A stretch of 64,000 nucleotides of DNA from Vicinamibacterales bacterium. Its GTDB lineage: Bacteria; Acidobacteriota; Vicinamibacteria; Vicinamibacterales; UBA2999. Below are positions 19,262 through 30,777 of the stretch, in pieces. Below the pieces are notes generated by a model. That model searched no databases. It saw only the letters and a list, made by a program, of their open reading frames with translations, and had not been told where the DNA came from. The translations under genes were made by a program, and so were the position numbers. The stretch covers positions 23,288-87,287 of the forward strand of contig JBFXBH010000002.1 in assembly GCA_050183355.1 (NCBI GenBank), written 5' to 3'. Every line of letters begins with the position of its first letter. The first letter of the stretch is position 1.

Positions 19262-22200
19262 ATGATCGATCAGCTGATAGACATCGCGCTGCGCAACCGC
19301 GCGCTGGTGGTCGCGCTCTATGTCGGGCTCGGCGGGTGTGGCTGGTGGGCGCTCGGCTCCACGCCTATCGACGCGATTCCGGACCTCTCCGACAACCAGG
19401 TGATCGTCTTCACCGACTGGCAGGGCCACAGCCCCCAGGAAGTGGAAGACCAGATCAGCTACCCGCTGACCACGAACCTGCAGGGTCTGGCCGGTGTGCG
19501 CGTCGTCCGCTCGCAGTCGGCCTTCGGGTTCTCGATGGTCTACGTCCTGTTCGAGGACGACGTGGACAGCTACTTCGCCCGGACACGCGTGCTCGAGCGG
19601 CTGGCGCTGGTGGCCAGAGACCTCCCGGCAGACGTGATACCCGTGCTCGGCCCGGACGCCACGGGCGTCGGCCACGTGTTCTGGTACACGCTCGACAGCC
19701 CCACCCACTCGCAGCAGGAACTCCGCGCGCTCCAGGACTGGTTCGTCCGCTACCAGCTCAACGCCGTGCCCGGCGTGGCGGAGGTGGCCTCGGTCGGCGG
19801 GCAGGTGCAGCAGTACCAGATCGACGTCGACCCGAACCGCCTGCGCGCCCACGGCCTGACGCTCGGCACGCTGGTCTCGGCCGTGCGCGGCAGCAACGTG
19901 AACGTGGGAGGGAACGTCCTCGAATCGAACGGTTCGTGGGTCATCGTGCGAGGTGTCGGCCTCGTGACGTCGGTCGACGATCTGCGCTCGGTCGTGGTGG
20001 GTGGGTCCGGCGGCGTGCCGATCCGGGTGGGCAATGTGGCCAACGTCCACATCGGCAACGCCTTCCGGGTGTCGTCGCTGGTCAAGGGTGCGCACGAGGC
20101 GGTGGGCGGCGTGGTCGTGGTCCGGTCCGGGGTCAACACCAAGGCCGTCATCGACGCTGTGAAGGCGCGGATAGCACAGATCCAGCCCGGCTTGCCGCCC
20201 GGGGTCACGATCGTGCCCTTCTACGACCGGTCCACGCTCATCGAGCAGGCCGTGGACACGCTCCGGGCCGCGCTCCTCGAAGAGATCGCCCTGGTGACCC
20301 TGGCGCACGTCGTGTTTCTGATGCACGTGCGTTCCATTCTCATCGTCACGCTGCCGTTACCGCTTGCCGTACTGCTGTCCTTTCTGGCCATGCACTACGC
20401 GGGCCTCTCGGCCAACATCATGAGCCTGGCCGGCATCGCCATCGCCATCGGCGTGCTGGTGGACGCTGGTATCGTCGTCACCGAGAACGCCTTCCGCTAC
20501 ATCGAGCAGCACGCGATCAACACGAGGGACCGGAAGCGCGTGCTGGAAGCAGTGCGCACCTCGACGCGGCTGGTGGGCCGGCCGGTGTTCTTCTCGATCG
20601 CCATCATCCTGCTGGCCTTCGTGCCGGTCTTCACGCTGACGGGGCAGGAGGGCAAGCTCTTCCACCCGCTGGCCTTCACCAAGACAGCCGCCGTGCTGGC
20701 CGCCACGCTGATGGCTGTGACGCTCGTGCCTGTGCTGTGCTCGCTCCTCCTGGGCGGCACGATGCACAGCGAGGACCGCAACCCCCTGATGCGGGGGCTG
20801 CAGTTCGTCTATCGCCCGGCGCTGACCTTTGCCCTCTCGCACCGCGGTCTGGCCGTGGGCACAGCGGCGCTCATCTTGGCGGGCGCGCTGGCCTTGACGC
20901 GGCAGATCGGCAGCGAGTTCATGCCGGCCCTCGACGAGGGCGACCTGATGTTCATGCCGATCTCCGACCCGGCGATCTCGCTCGAGGAGAACACGGCGAT
21001 CGCCGCCCGGCAGAACACGGCGCTGCTCCGCGTGCCGGAGGTAGCCACGGTCGTGGCCAAGGTGGGACGCGCCGACACGTCCACGGACCCGTCACCCCTC
21101 AACATGACCGAGACGATCGTCCACCTGAAGCCGAAGGACCAGTGGCGGCCGGGGAAGACCCTGGACGACCTGCGGGGCGAAATGGGTCGCGCGGCGGAAC
21201 TGCCGGGGGTCTCCAACATCTGGACGATGCCCATCGTCAACCGGATCGACATGCTCACCACGGGCATCCGCTCCGAGGTCGGCGTGAAGGTGTTTGGCAC
21301 GGACCTGGACGTTCTCGAAGACCTGGCCCGGCGCGTAGGGGATGTGGTGGCGAAGGTGCCCGGCGCCGGGGGCGTCTATCCAGAGCCGGTTACGAGCGGC
21401 GAGTACCTGAACATTGACATCGACCGGGAGGCCGCGGCCCGGTATGGCATCGGCGTCATGGACATCCAGACCGTCATCGAGCACGCCGTTGGCGAATCGG
21501 TGCTGGGCATGACGATTGAGGGCCGCCGCCGCGTGCCGATCCGCGTGCGGTATGCGCCGGAGCACCGCGCGGATCCCGCGGCGCTCGGCGCCGTGCTGGT
21601 CGCGTCACCGGCCGGACTGCAGGTGCCGCTCGGGCAAGTAGCGCGCATCACGCAGGTACGCGGGCCCGCGATGATCTCGTCGGAGAACGGGCTGCTGCTG
21701 GCGACCGTGCTGCTCAATGTTCAAGGGCGCGACATCGGCGGGTTCGTGGCCGAGGCGCGGGCGACCGTCGCGAGGGAAGTGTCGCTGCCGGCCGGCTACT
21801 ACGTCGGCTGGAGCGGTCGGTGGGAGAACCAGGAGCGCGCCCGCGCGCGGCTGCAGGTCGTGCTGCCGATCGTGCTCGTCGTGATCTTCGTCCTGCTCTA
21901 CCTGACCTACCGGTCCCTGGTCGAAGCGGCCCACGTCCTGCTGGCGGTGCCTTTTGCCCTCTCGGGCGGCGTGTACCTCCTCTGGGCGCTTGGCTACAAC
22001 TTCTCGGTGGCGGTGTGGGTGGGCTTCATCGCGCTTTTCGGCACGGCGGTGCAGACCGGCGTGGTGATGGTCATCTACCTTGAGGAAGCGGTCGAGCGGA
22101 AGCGGCTGGCGCTCGGTGGCGTGCTGACGCGGGGGGCGCTGCGCGAAGCCGTCATGGAAGGGGCCCTGCTGCGCCTGCGGCCGAAAGTGATGACGGTGTC

Positions 22201-22870
22201 GACGGTGGTCGCGGGCCTTCTGCCCCTCATGTGGAGCGACCGGGTGGGTGCCGAAGTGATGAAGCCGCTGGCGACGCCCGTGCTTGGCGGCATGGTGTCC
22301 TCGCTTCTGCACGTGCTCATCGTGACGCCGGCCATCTTTTCGTGGCTGCGCGAGCGGCAGTTGGGGCTGGGCGATGAGCCCGCCGAGGTCAGCCCTGACG
22401 CCAGGGCGGGGGCCGGCTCCGTGACCGCCAGGTCGAGGGCGGGCTTGCGGGTAGCCGTGCTCCTGGGCGTGGCCGGCGTAGCGCTGGCCGGGTGGCTCCT
22501 CCGGTCGCGGATGCCGGCCTCCCGTGAGCCGGATGCCATGCCGGTCGTGCAGACCGTGAAGGCCGGCGATATCGAGGTGGTGCTGCGCGCGCCGGGTGGC
22601 GCGTTCACGCAGGGCCGCAACCGGTTCGTGCTCGAGTTCCGAAGGAGCGGTGCCGACGGGCTCGTGGATGTGGGCCGGACGCGGGCGGTGGCCAGCATGG
22701 CGATGCCCGGCATGACGATGTCCGGTGGACTCGAGGTGCAGCGGACGGACGTGCCCGGGCGATATGCCGTCACCGGCGAGTTCGGGATGGCCGGGGCGTG
22801 GCAGTGGGTCGTCGAGTGGGATGGGCCGGCGGGGAAGGGTTCCGCCACCTTCGAAGGGGGCGTGCGATGA
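19262..22870 (+). CDS. CusA/CzcA-family heavy-metal efflux RND transporter with extra C-terminal TM helix and periplasmic FixH/YtkA-like domain
   Basis: 1202 aa. The first 1030 or so aa are collinear with HME-RND pumps ([11 protein letters not shown]..., 12-TM pattern). The last 168 aa (from nt 22364) add a TM helix plus a beta-rich domain carrying [10 protein letters not shown]. Confidence 0.9.
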   Translation: MIDQLIDIALRNRALVVALYVGLGGCGWWALGSTPIDAIPDLSDNQVIVFTDWQGHSPQEVEDQISYPLTTNLQGLAGVRVVRSQSAFGFSMVYVLFEDDVDSYFARTRVLERLALVARDLPADVIPVLGPDATGVGHVFWYTLDSPTHSQQELRALQDWFVRYQLNAVPGVAEVASVGGQVQQYQIDVDPNRLRAHGLTLGTLVSAVRGSNVNVGGNVLESNGSWVIVRGVGLVTSVDDLRSVVVGGSGGVPIRVGNVANVHIGNAFRVSSLVKGAHEAVGGVVVVRSGVNTKAVIDAVKARIAQIQPGLPPGVTIVPFYDRSTLIEQAVDTLRAALLEEIALVTLAHVVFLMHVRSILIVTLPLPLAVLLSFLAMHYAGLSANIMSLAGIAIAIGVLVDAGIVVTENAFRYIEQHAINTRDRKRVLEAVRTSTRLVGRPVFFSIAIILLAFVPVFTLTGQEGKLFHPLAFTKTAAVLAATLMAVTLVPVLCSLLLGGTMHSEDRNPLMRGLQFVYRPALTFALSHRGLAVGTAALILAGALALTRQIGSEFMPALDEGDLMFMPISDPAISLEENTAIAARQNTALLRVPEVATVVAKVGRADTSTDPSPLNMTETIVHLKPKDQWRPGKTLDDLRGEMGRAAELPGVSNIWTMPIVNRIDMLTTGIRSEVGVKVFGTDLDVLEDLARRVGDVVAKVPGAGGVYPEPVTSGEYLNIDIDREAAARYGIGVMDIQTVIEHAVGESVLGMTIEGRRRVPIRVRYAPEHRADPAALGAVLVASPAGLQVPLGQVARITQVRGPAMISSENGLLLATVLLNVQGRDIGGFVAEARATVAREVSLPAGYYVGWSGRWENQERARARLQVVLPIVLVVIFVLLYLTYRSLVEAAHVLLAVPFALSGGVYLLWALGYNFSVAVWVGFIALFGTAVQTGVVMVIYLEEAVERKRLALGGVLTRGALREAVMEGALLRLRPKVMTVSTVVAGLLPLMWSDRVGAEVMKPLATPVLGGMVSSLLHVLIVTPAIFSWLRERQLGLGDEPAEVSPDARAGAGSVTARSRAGLRVAVLLGVAGVALAGWLLRSRMPASREPDAMPVVQTVKAGDIEVVLRAPGGAFTQGRNRFVLEFRRSGADGLVDVGRTRAVASMAMPGMTMSGGLEVQRTDVPGRYAVTGEFGMAGAWQWVVEWDGPAGKGSATFEGGVR

Positions 22871-24177
22871 GGATCGGGCTTGTGCGTGCCGTCGTGGCCG
22901 CGGCAGTCGTGGTGTGGCCGGCCGTTGCGCGTGGGCAGGGCCCCGCGCCGACGCCGTCCGCCCGGTTCGTGGACAGGGTCCGGGGGATCACGGTCGATGA
23001 CGCTGTGCAGCGCGCACTGACGCGGGAGCCGGCACTCCGGGAGGTGCGGAGCGCCGTGGAGGCGACCCGTGGCATGCGGCAGCAGGCCAGACTCCGCCCC
23101 AACCCGGAAGTCATGGTCGAACGCCGCGACGCGCCGGCCGGCATGGATGCCCAGACGATGGCCGGCATCGAGTGGCCGCTGGAACTGGGCCGGCGCCAGG
23201 CACGCATCGCCGTGGCCGATCGGCAGGTGCGTGTCGCCGAACTCGGTGTGGCGGATCGGGAGCGGCGACTCGCGGCTGATGTCCGGTCGCGCTACGGCGC
23301 CGTCCTTACGGGTGCCCGGGTGCTGGACGTGCTGACCGAGATGGCCGAGGTCACCCGCAGGCAGCGCGATCTGGCTGCGGCCCGGGTGGAGGCAGGGGCG
23401 TCGCCGGCCGTGGAGCGGGACGCGCTAGACGTGGAGCTGGGACGGCTGGATGCGGAGGTCTTCATGCAGATCGGTCGTGTGCATGCCTCGATGGCGGAAC
23501 TGCGGCGGCTCGTAGCGGCCCAGCCTGAGGATCCGCTTCTGCTGAAGGACACGCTGGAGGAGGCGCGCGGGCGCGTGACCGGGGAGGCCACCGCGGCCCT
23601 GGCCAATGGCACCGGCCGGCCCGACGTGGGCGAGGCGGAGGCGCGGGTGGCCGTTGCGGAGGCCAGGGTGGACCAGATCCGCCGCGAGGCACGGCCGGAG
23701 CTGAAGGTGTTCGGGGGCTACATGCGCATGGATAGCGGCTTCCCGCAATTCGGCCAGACGGCGACCGGCGCGCTCGAGCCGGTCAGCGGCGTCTTCCACT
23801 ACGCCACCGGAGGCCTGAAGATCACGCTCCCGTTCAACCGGGGCCAGGGTGAGGCGCGGGCCGCGCGGGCAGAGCGTGCGGGCGCCGTGGCGGCGGTCGA
23901 CGCCGTGAAGCTGGCGGTGGAGAGCGAGCGCAGTGCGGCTCGCGCGAACCTGGAGGGCGTGCGCGGTGCTTCGCGCGTCCTCGAAGCGACGAGGACCACT
24001 GCGAGGCGCCTGCTCGACGTGGTGGGGCAGAGCTACGAGCTGGGCCGGGGAACCCTGGCCGACGTGCTCATGGAACGCCGGCGGTACGTGGAGGTCGAAC
24101 GGGCCTACGTCGAGGCCATGGGTGCCGAGTACGACGCGGCGGTGATGCTGAATCTGGCGATGGGAGGTGCGCGATGA
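22867..24177 (+). CDS. CusC/CzcC-family outer membrane efflux protein
   Basis: ATGA overlap with the RND gene. Signal peptide and TolC/OEP repeat organisation. Confidence 0.85.
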   Translation: MRIGLVRAVVAAAVVVWPAVARGQGPAPTPSARFVDRVRGITVDDAVQRALTREPALREVRSAVEATRGMRQQARLRPNPEVMVERRDAPAGMDAQTMAGIEWPLELGRRQARIAVADRQVRVAELGVADRERRLAADVRSRYGAVLTGARVLDVLTEMAEVTRRQRDLAAARVEAGASPAVERDALDVELGRLDAEVFMQIGRVHASMAELRRLVAAQPEDPLLLKDTLEEARGRVTGEATAALANGTGRPDVGEAEARVAVAEARVDQIRREARPELKVFGGYMRMDSGFPQFGQTATGALEPVSGVFHYATGGLKITLPFNRGQGEARAARAERAGAVAAVDAVKLAVESERSAARANLEGVRGASRVLEATRTTARRLLDVVGQSYELGRGTLADVLMERRRYVEVERAYVEAMGAEYDAAVMLNLAMGGAR

Positions 24178-25457
24178 CAGGTCCTGCCGTGATGCTTAAC
24201 CGCGGAGGTGTCGCACTGACCGCGCTCGGACTGGTGGCGGCCGGTGTGGTCGCGGGTTTCGTGGCGGCGCGCTGGGGGATAGCTCCCGCGCCCCCGCCGA
24301 TGCCCGCTTCCGGTTCTGTGGCCCCCCCGGCCCCTGTCGCGGCGCCCGCCGCGGCCGGCGACGTCGCGATTGAATTGAGCCCGGAGATGCTGGCCCGAGC
24401 GGCAATCGTCACCGCACCGGCGTCCGTGCGGACCGTCACCACGGTGCTTCGCGTGCCGGGAATCGTGAGTGCCGACACGTACCGCCAGACCATCGTGACC
24501 CCGCTCGTGGGTGGCCGGGTCGAGACCGTGGCTGTGGAGCTGGGCGCGACCGTTCGTCCGGGGCAGGTGCTGGCCCGGCTGTACAGCCCGGAGGTCGCCG
24601 AGGCGCGCGAGCGTTACGTCTCCGCCGAGGCCATGCTGAGCGCCCACGACCGCGAGCTACAGCGCCTCGAGGGGCTTCGGACGATCGGCGCCGCCAGCCA
24701 GCAGGAGCTCGAGCAGGCGCACGCCGAGCACGCCGCCCAGGTGGCCGGGGTCGAAACCACGAAAGCAAGGCTCGCGCTGCTCGCGGCGGAGGAGGGGACC
24801 GGGTCCGCGGCATCGATGTTCCCCGTGCGGGCGCCGTCGGCGGGCATTGTCACCGCCCGAACCGCGAACGTGGGGCAGACCGTGAACCCGGCCATGCCGC
24901 TTTTCACCATCAGCGACCTGTCGTCGGTCTGGGTGGTCGCGGATGTCTATGAACGGGAGCTGGCGGCCGTGCGCGTGGGGCAAGCCGCGCGGGTCATCGC
25001 GGGCGCGTATCCGGACCAGCCACTGACAGGCCGTGTGACCTATATCGATCCCCAGATGCGGACGGAGACCCGGACGGCACAGGTGCGCGTTCAGGTATCG
25101 AACGCCGGGGGCAACCTCCGCCTGGGCATGTTTGCGGACGTGGCGATCGACCGGCCCTCTCCGAAGGCGTCGGTCGTCGTCCCGCGATCAGCCGTGCAGG
25201 TAATCGGAGACCGGCACGTGGTGTACGTGCCGGTGCCTGGCCGCGCGGGTGCGTTTGCCGAACGAGGGGTCCGGTTGGGCGAACCTGGTGGCGACGATGT
25301 GCCGGTGCTGAGCGGCCTCGCTACCGGTGAAGCAGTAGTGACCGGTGGCGGTTTCTTTCTGCGGGCCGAGATCGAGCGGCTCGGCCTACGCCCCCCGGCG
25401 CGCGATGTCGCGGCTGGAGTCCCTTCGCCGCGGCCGGCGGCACGTTCGGGCGAGTGA
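24174..25457 (+). CDS. efflux RND periplasmic adaptor subunit (CusB/CzcB-like)
   Basis: ATGA overlap. TM anchor, then lipoyl/beta-barrel motifs (GRVETVAVELGATVRPGQVLARLYSPE, APSAGIVTARTANVGQTV). Confidence 0.85.
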   Translation: MTGPAVMLNRGGVALTALGLVAAGVVAGFVAARWGIAPAPPPMPASGSVAPPAPVAAPAAAGDVAIELSPEMLARAAIVTAPASVRTVTTVLRVPGIVSADTYRQTIVTPLVGGRVETVAVELGATVRPGQVLARLYSPEVAEARERYVSAEAMLSAHDRELQRLEGLRTIGAASQQELEQAHAEHAAQVAGVETTKARLALLAAEEGTGSAASMFPVRAPSAGIVTARTANVGQTVNPAMPLFTISDLSSVWVVADVYERELAAVRVGQAARVIAGAYPDQPLTGRVTYIDPQMRTETRTAQVRVQVSNAGGNLRLGMFADVAIDRPSPKASVVVPRSAVQVIGDRHVVYVPVPGRAGAFAERGVRLGEPGGDDVPVLSGLATGEAVVTGGGFFLRAEIERLGLRPPARDVAAGVPSPRPAARSGE

Positions 25458-25520
25458 GCGGTTCGGCTCGCGGCGTCCGCGACGGGCTTCACGTTGGCCC
25501 GGGTCTCGACCGCACCTCGC

Positions 25521-25949
25521 TCAGGCCCTTGACCTGGCGGGGCTCTCACGAGCGTGCAGCGCGGAGATCAGCGGGCATGTGATGGAGCCCTGGCGCGAGC
25601 CGCAGTCCGCGACGAGCTTCTTGAGGACCGACTCGATACGTCGCAGGTCGCGGAGCTTTGACCGGACGTCGTCCAGTTTCTGTGCCGCCATGACCCGAGC
25701 CTCGCCGCAGTGTGCCCCGTCGTCCAGCCGGAGGAGCGCGGCGACTTCCTCCAGGCTGAACCCCAGGCGCTGGGCGGACTTCACGAACTTGACGCGCGCC
25801 ACATCCGACGCGCCGTATCGCCGAATCTGTCCATAAGCGCGCCTGGGCTCGGTGAGCAGGCCACGTCGTTGATAGAAGCGAATCGTTTCAACGCTGACGT
25901 TGGCCGCGGCGGCGATCTCGCCGATCGTCGAATCTCCAGGCTTGATCAT
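25521..25949 (-). CDS. merR: Hg(II)-responsive transcriptional regulator MerR
   Basis: 142 aa, collinear with Tn21/Tn501 MerR ([42 protein letters not shown]). The three Hg-ligand Cys are present (DGAHCGEA; [13 protein letters not shown]). Confidence 0.92.
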   Translation of the reverse strand: MIKPGDSTIGEIAAAANVSVETIRFYQRRGLLTEPRRAYGQIRRYGASDVARVKFVKSAQRLGFSLEEVAALLRLDDGAHCGEARVMAAQKLDDVRSKLRDLRRIESVLKKLVADCGSRQGSITCPLISALHARESPARSRA

Positions 25950-25954
25950 GAAGG

Positions 25955-25985
25955 TTGACTCCGTACCGAAGTACGGTCCTAACCT
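25955..25985 (+). promoter_or_regulatory. mer operator/promoter (MerR-type promoter with 19-bp spacer)
   Basis: TTGACT (25955-25960), a 19-nt spacer containing the dyad CCGTAC-N4-GTACGG (25961-25976), then TAACCT (25980-25985). This nearly matches the Tn21 merOP layout, between divergent merR and merT. Confidence 0.8.
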
Positions 25986-26021
25986 TAACCTGTCGAGAGG
26001 TCAACGAGAAGGAGGGTGGGG

Positions 26022-26372
26022 ATGTCCGAGCGCCCGAAGGGTCGTGGCGCGCTGCTGGTCGGGGGGCTTACGGCGATACTCGCGTCGACCTGCTGCCTCG
26101 GTCCGCTCATCCTGCTGATGCTCGGCATCAGCGGAGCGTGGATCGGCACCCTCACCGCGCTGGAGCCCTACCGGCCTGTCTTCATCGGCTCGGCGGTCGT
26201 CGCCCTGTTGTTGGCCTATCGACAGATCTTCCGTCCGGTTGCCGAGTGTCGTCCCGGCGAGGTCTGTGCCGTGCCCGAGGTCCGGACGACATACAAGGCC
26301 CTGTTCGGTCTGGTTGTCGTGCTGCTGGCGATCGCTCTCGGCTACCCGTTCGTTGCGCCCTGCTTCTATTGA
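26022..26372 (+). CDS. merT: mercuric ion transporter MerT
   Basis: AAGGAGGG RBS before ATG 26022. CC pair in TM1 (ASTCCLGPL) and a cytoplasmic Cys pair (CRPGEVC). About 116 aa with 3 TM helices. Confidence 0.9.
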   Translation: MSERPKGRGALLVGGLTAILASTCCLGPLILLMLGISGAWIGTLTALEPYRPVFIGSAVVALLLAYRQIFRPVAECRPGEVCAVPEVRTTYKALFGLVVVLLAIALGYPFVAPCFY

Positions 26373-26404
26373 ACAGGCTCACCTCATCCACAAAGGAGAA
26401 CCAC

Positions 26405-28097
<1,693 letters not shown>

Positions 28098-28153
28098 GCG
28101 CCTCGGCTGCGGCACAGGCCGAGCGGTGCGTCGACAGCCCAGCCGGCGGGACA

Positions 28154-29107
28154 TCAGAAGAGCGCGGCGACAGCCTGGCGCAGTTCGGCTGCCGCCATCC
28201 CACCCGGTTGGTACCGTTGGACTCGACCCGCGCGATCGACCAGCACCAGCGTCGGCGTCGTGCTGACGCCGTAGGCCGCGAAGTTCTTCGCGCTGAGCGG
28301 GATCGGGATCCCGGTCAGCGTGGGGTAGAACTCGCGCTGGATCTGCCGGATATGCCGCGCTTCTTCCGTCGGCGGCACGTCGTCCCGTGAACCGATGTAG
28401 CCGTACCGCTGCGTCGGCGCCACCACGCGGAGTCCCCGGTTTCCGAACTCGCGCTGCACGGCGGTCAAGGTCTTCGCGAAGAGCTTGCAGTCCGCGCACC
28501 AGTGTGCCCAGAAGAAGAGTAGCGTCGGCTGGCCCTGTCCGGCTTTCATCCGGGCGTCGGTCAGGTATTCGTCAGTGGCGAGCGGAGGCATGGCCTGGCC
28601 CTTCAGGCCGATCAGGTGCACGTTCTTCTGGAGCCGGGCCTGGATCGACGTGTTGCCGAAGCGGTCGAGCGCCCGGTTCAGGAGCAGCAGCGCTTCGGAG
28701 CGGGCACCCTGCGCGGCGAGCGCCTGCGCCTGCACTTCGTAGGCGGCCCCGAGCGCGAGGGGGACGCTGGGCTCCTGATCCAGCGGCCGGTTCCGCAGCG
28801 CGGCCAGCACGCTCTTCTCGGTGTCGCCCGCCACGCGGAGGGCGAGATTGAACTGCCGGGCGGCCAGCGCCCCTCGACCGACCCACGAGAGGGCCAGCAG
28901 GGCTTCGGGATCGGCAGGCGCGCGCCCGACCGCGGCCGCGGCCAGCCGCTCCGCCCCCCTCAGGTCGCCAGCGGTGATCAGGGCACGGGTGTCTGCTACG
29001 AGATCGGCCGCGGCGACCCGGTGCGTGATGGCAAGAACTCCGGCGAGTGTCAACGTGGCGAGCAGGACCGAGAGGCCCGTCGCGCGTGGGGTGCGGAGGT
29101 CGGACAT
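28154..29107 (-). CDS. TlpA-family thiol:disulfide oxidoreductase with N-terminal helical (TPR-like) domain
   Basis: Internal Met (MSDLRTP) gives a signal anchor, an Ala/Leu-rich repeat region and a C-terminal thioredoxin fold with WCADC. The 850-aa track ORF is an upstream artefact. Confidence 0.8.
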   Translation of the reverse strand: MSDLRTPRATGLSVLLATLTLAGVLAITHRVAAADLVADTRALITAGDLRGAERLAAAAVGRAPADPEALLALSWVGRGALAARQFNLALRVAGDTEKSVLAALRNRPLDQEPSVPLALGAAYEVQAQALAAQGARSEALLLLNRALDRFGNTSIQARLQKNVHLIGLKGQAMPPLATDEYLTDARMKAGQGQPTLLFFWAHWCADCKLFAKTLTAVQREFGNRGLRVVAPTQRYGYIGSRDDVPPTEEARHIRQIQREFYPTLTGIPIPLSAKNFAAYGVSTTPTLVLVDRAGRVQRYQPGGMAAAELRQAVAALF

Positions 29108-29163
29108 GGGTGCTTCCCTTGTAGCAGGTGTGCGGGCGATCCGCACGCGCAAGCGGTGGATAG

Positions 29164-29179
29164 TGTGAGGTTGCTCACA
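29164..29179. promoter_or_regulatory. perfect CRP-type palindrome TGTGA-N6-TCACA (site 1)
   Basis: TGTGAggttgcTCACA. It lies between the divergent tlpA-like start (29107) and the thioredoxin-like/crp operon start (29213). Confidence 0.6.
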
Positions 29180-29212
29180 GCGGTCGGGCGCGATGCCGCG
29201 TATCTTCGATCG

Positions 29213-29476
29213 GTGAGCGGGACAGTCGAACTGTTCGTGAGTGACCATTGTCCGGCGTGCCCGGAGGCGCGCATACGGCTCCGCCGGCTCGCGCGAGGCC
29301 GCCCTGGTCTGCGCGTCGTCGAGCACGACGTGGACCTGCCGGAGGGGCGGGAACATGCCGAAGCGTACGGCCTCATCGCCGTTCCCGCGTTCGTGGTCGA
29401 CGGCGCGTCCATCAGCTATGGCATCCCGACGGACGCCTGGATCCTCGGCCAGTTCCTGCGCCGGCACGTCCGCTGA
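29213..29476 (+). CDS. small thioredoxin/glutaredoxin-fold protein (Thioredoxin_3-like)
   Basis: 87 aa from GTG 29213. VELFVSDHCPACPEA...YGLIAVPAFVVDG pattern. An alternative GTG at 29165 would overlap the palindrome. Confidence 0.6.
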   Translation: MSGTVELFVSDHCPACPEARIRLRRLARGRPGLRVVEHDVDLPEGREHAEAYGLIAVPAFVVDGASISYGIPTDAWILGQFLRRHVR

Positions 29477-29500
29477 CGGACACGCTTCTATACTTCCCAC

Positions 29501-30187
29501 ATGGCAGCCCACACCAAGCTCTGGTACCTTGAGCGGTTCCGCATGCTCGATGTCGTGCCGGCTCATCAGCGGCAGGTCGTCGAGAAGATGACGCGGATGC
29601 TCGAGGTCAAGCGTGGCCAGCGGATCTATATCCACGGCGACCCCAGTGACCAGGTATTCCTCCTGAAGGCCGGTGTCGTGAAGATCGCCCGGCTGGGTCC
29701 GCGGCAGCAGGAAACGATTCTGGCGTTTCTCTATCCCGGGGATGTCTTCGGCGAGCTTGCGATCGTGGATCAGAGCCCGCGCGATCACGTGGCCGAGGCG
29801 CACGAGGACACCGTGCTCTGCGCGCTCAGCCGCGATCTGGTGATCCGCATTGCGCAGGAGGCGCCGGCGCTCGGCTATCACATCACCAAGGTCATGGGTC
29901 AGCGGGTGAAGCGGCTCGAGACTCGCTTGAGTGAGCTGCTCGGCAAGGGTGCCGCCGCTCGGGTGGCCCACACGCTCGTCGAGTTGGCGGAGGCCTACGG
30001 CGTACCGGACGCCGCCGGCGTGCTGGTCCCGCTTCGGCTGAGTCAGTCGGATATCGGGAATCTGGTGGGGCTGACACGCGAGACAGTGAACATCGTGCTG
30101 CAGGACTTCCGTCAGCGCGGTCTCGTGCTCGCCGAGCGGCGGGCCATCAGGATTGCCGACATGGCAGGTCTCCGCGCGGTCTCGTAG
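29501..30187 (+). CDS. Crp/Fnr-family transcriptional regulator
   Basis: 228 aa. cNMP-binding-like beta-roll (VFLLKAGVVKI...GDVFGELA) and a C-terminal HTH with LTRETVNIVL (RETV as in E. coli CRP recognition helix). Confidence 0.9.
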   Translation: MAAHTKLWYLERFRMLDVVPAHQRQVVEKMTRMLEVKRGQRIYIHGDPSDQVFLLKAGVVKIARLGPRQQETILAFLYPGDVFGELAIVDQSPRDHVAEAHEDTVLCALSRDLVIRIAQEAPALGYHITKVMGQRVKRLETRLSELLGKGAAARVAHTLVELAEAYGVPDAAGVLVPLRLSQSDIGNLVGLTRETVNIVLQDFRQRGLVLAERRAIRIADMAGLRAVS

Positions 30188-30228
30188 CGTTCCGCCGGTG
30201 GGGCCGGGCTCCAGAGTGGAAGCGGTTT

Positions 30229-30257
30229 CGTAACGAGTTCGTCCGCTGGCGCACTCA
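30229..30257 (+). promoter_or_regulatory. ECF-type promoter-like motif cGTAAC-N17-CACTCA (copy 4)
   Basis: CGTAAC (30229-30234), 17 nt, CACTCA (30252-30257). It lies 46 nt upstream of the ATG at 30303 and has the same architecture as the copies at 39181, 46495(-) and 46518. Confidence 0.5.
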
Positions 30258-30302
30258 CCTTGGTCGGCCATGTCGGCCGGTTGGGACACAAGGAGACGGC
30301 AG

Positions 30303-30725
30303 ATGGCATCGACACCAACGTTCGGACGAGCAGTGGCTGGTGGGGCCGTGGGCACGGTGGCGATGACCGCCATGATGTACGGCGTCGCGCCGATGATGGG
30401 TCTGAACATGGACATCGCGGCCATGCTCGGCAGCATGCTGGGCGGCAGTTGGCTCGCCGGCATGGCGATGCACGGCCTGCTCGGGGTTGTCGTGTTTCCG
30501 GCCGCGTTCACATTCGGGGTGCGCGGTCTTCTGCCTGGCTCCGAGCTGATGCGCGGGCTGGCCTGGGGCGTCGTCCTCTGGCTGATGGCGCAGGTCGTCG
30601 TGATGCCGATGATGGGCGGAGGGCTGTTCAGCAGCGCGATGGGCGGGATGATGGCCGTCATGGGCTCCCTTGCGGGGCACGTGCTGTACGGAGGCCTGTT
30701 CGGCATGGTTGCCGGCCGACGGTAA
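30303..30725 (+). CDS. Met/Gly-rich small integral membrane protein (hypothetical)
   Basis: AAGGAGA RBS before ATG 30303. 140 aa, about 4 predicted TM helices, 21 Met (15%) including PMMG, GMAMHG, VMPMMGGG and GGMMAVMG clusters. Confidence 0.65.
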   Translation: MASTPTFGRAVAGGAVGTVAMTAMMYGVAPMMGLNMDIAAMLGSMLGGSWLAGMAMHGLLGVVVFPAAFTFGVRGLLPGSELMRGLAWGVVLWLMAQVVVMPMMGGGLFSSAMGGMMAVMGSLAGHVLYGGLFGMVAGRR

Positions 30726-30777
30726 CGTCCCTCGGTCCGTCAGGAAACTCCGGGGCGGCCGATCCGCAAGGCCGTGC

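Noticed and set aside
28102-28123. Short hairpin CTCGGC-N10-GCCGAG after merA
   Set aside because: The stem is only 6 bp with a 10-nt loop and no U-tract, which is too weak to call a terminator.
29108-30706. Upstream 530-aa extension of the TlpA-like ORF (the track ORF is 28154-30706)
   Set aside because: The extension is antisense to the Trx-like, Crp and Met-rich membrane genes. The internal Met at 29107 gives a proper signal anchor. The CRP-box would fall inside the extension.
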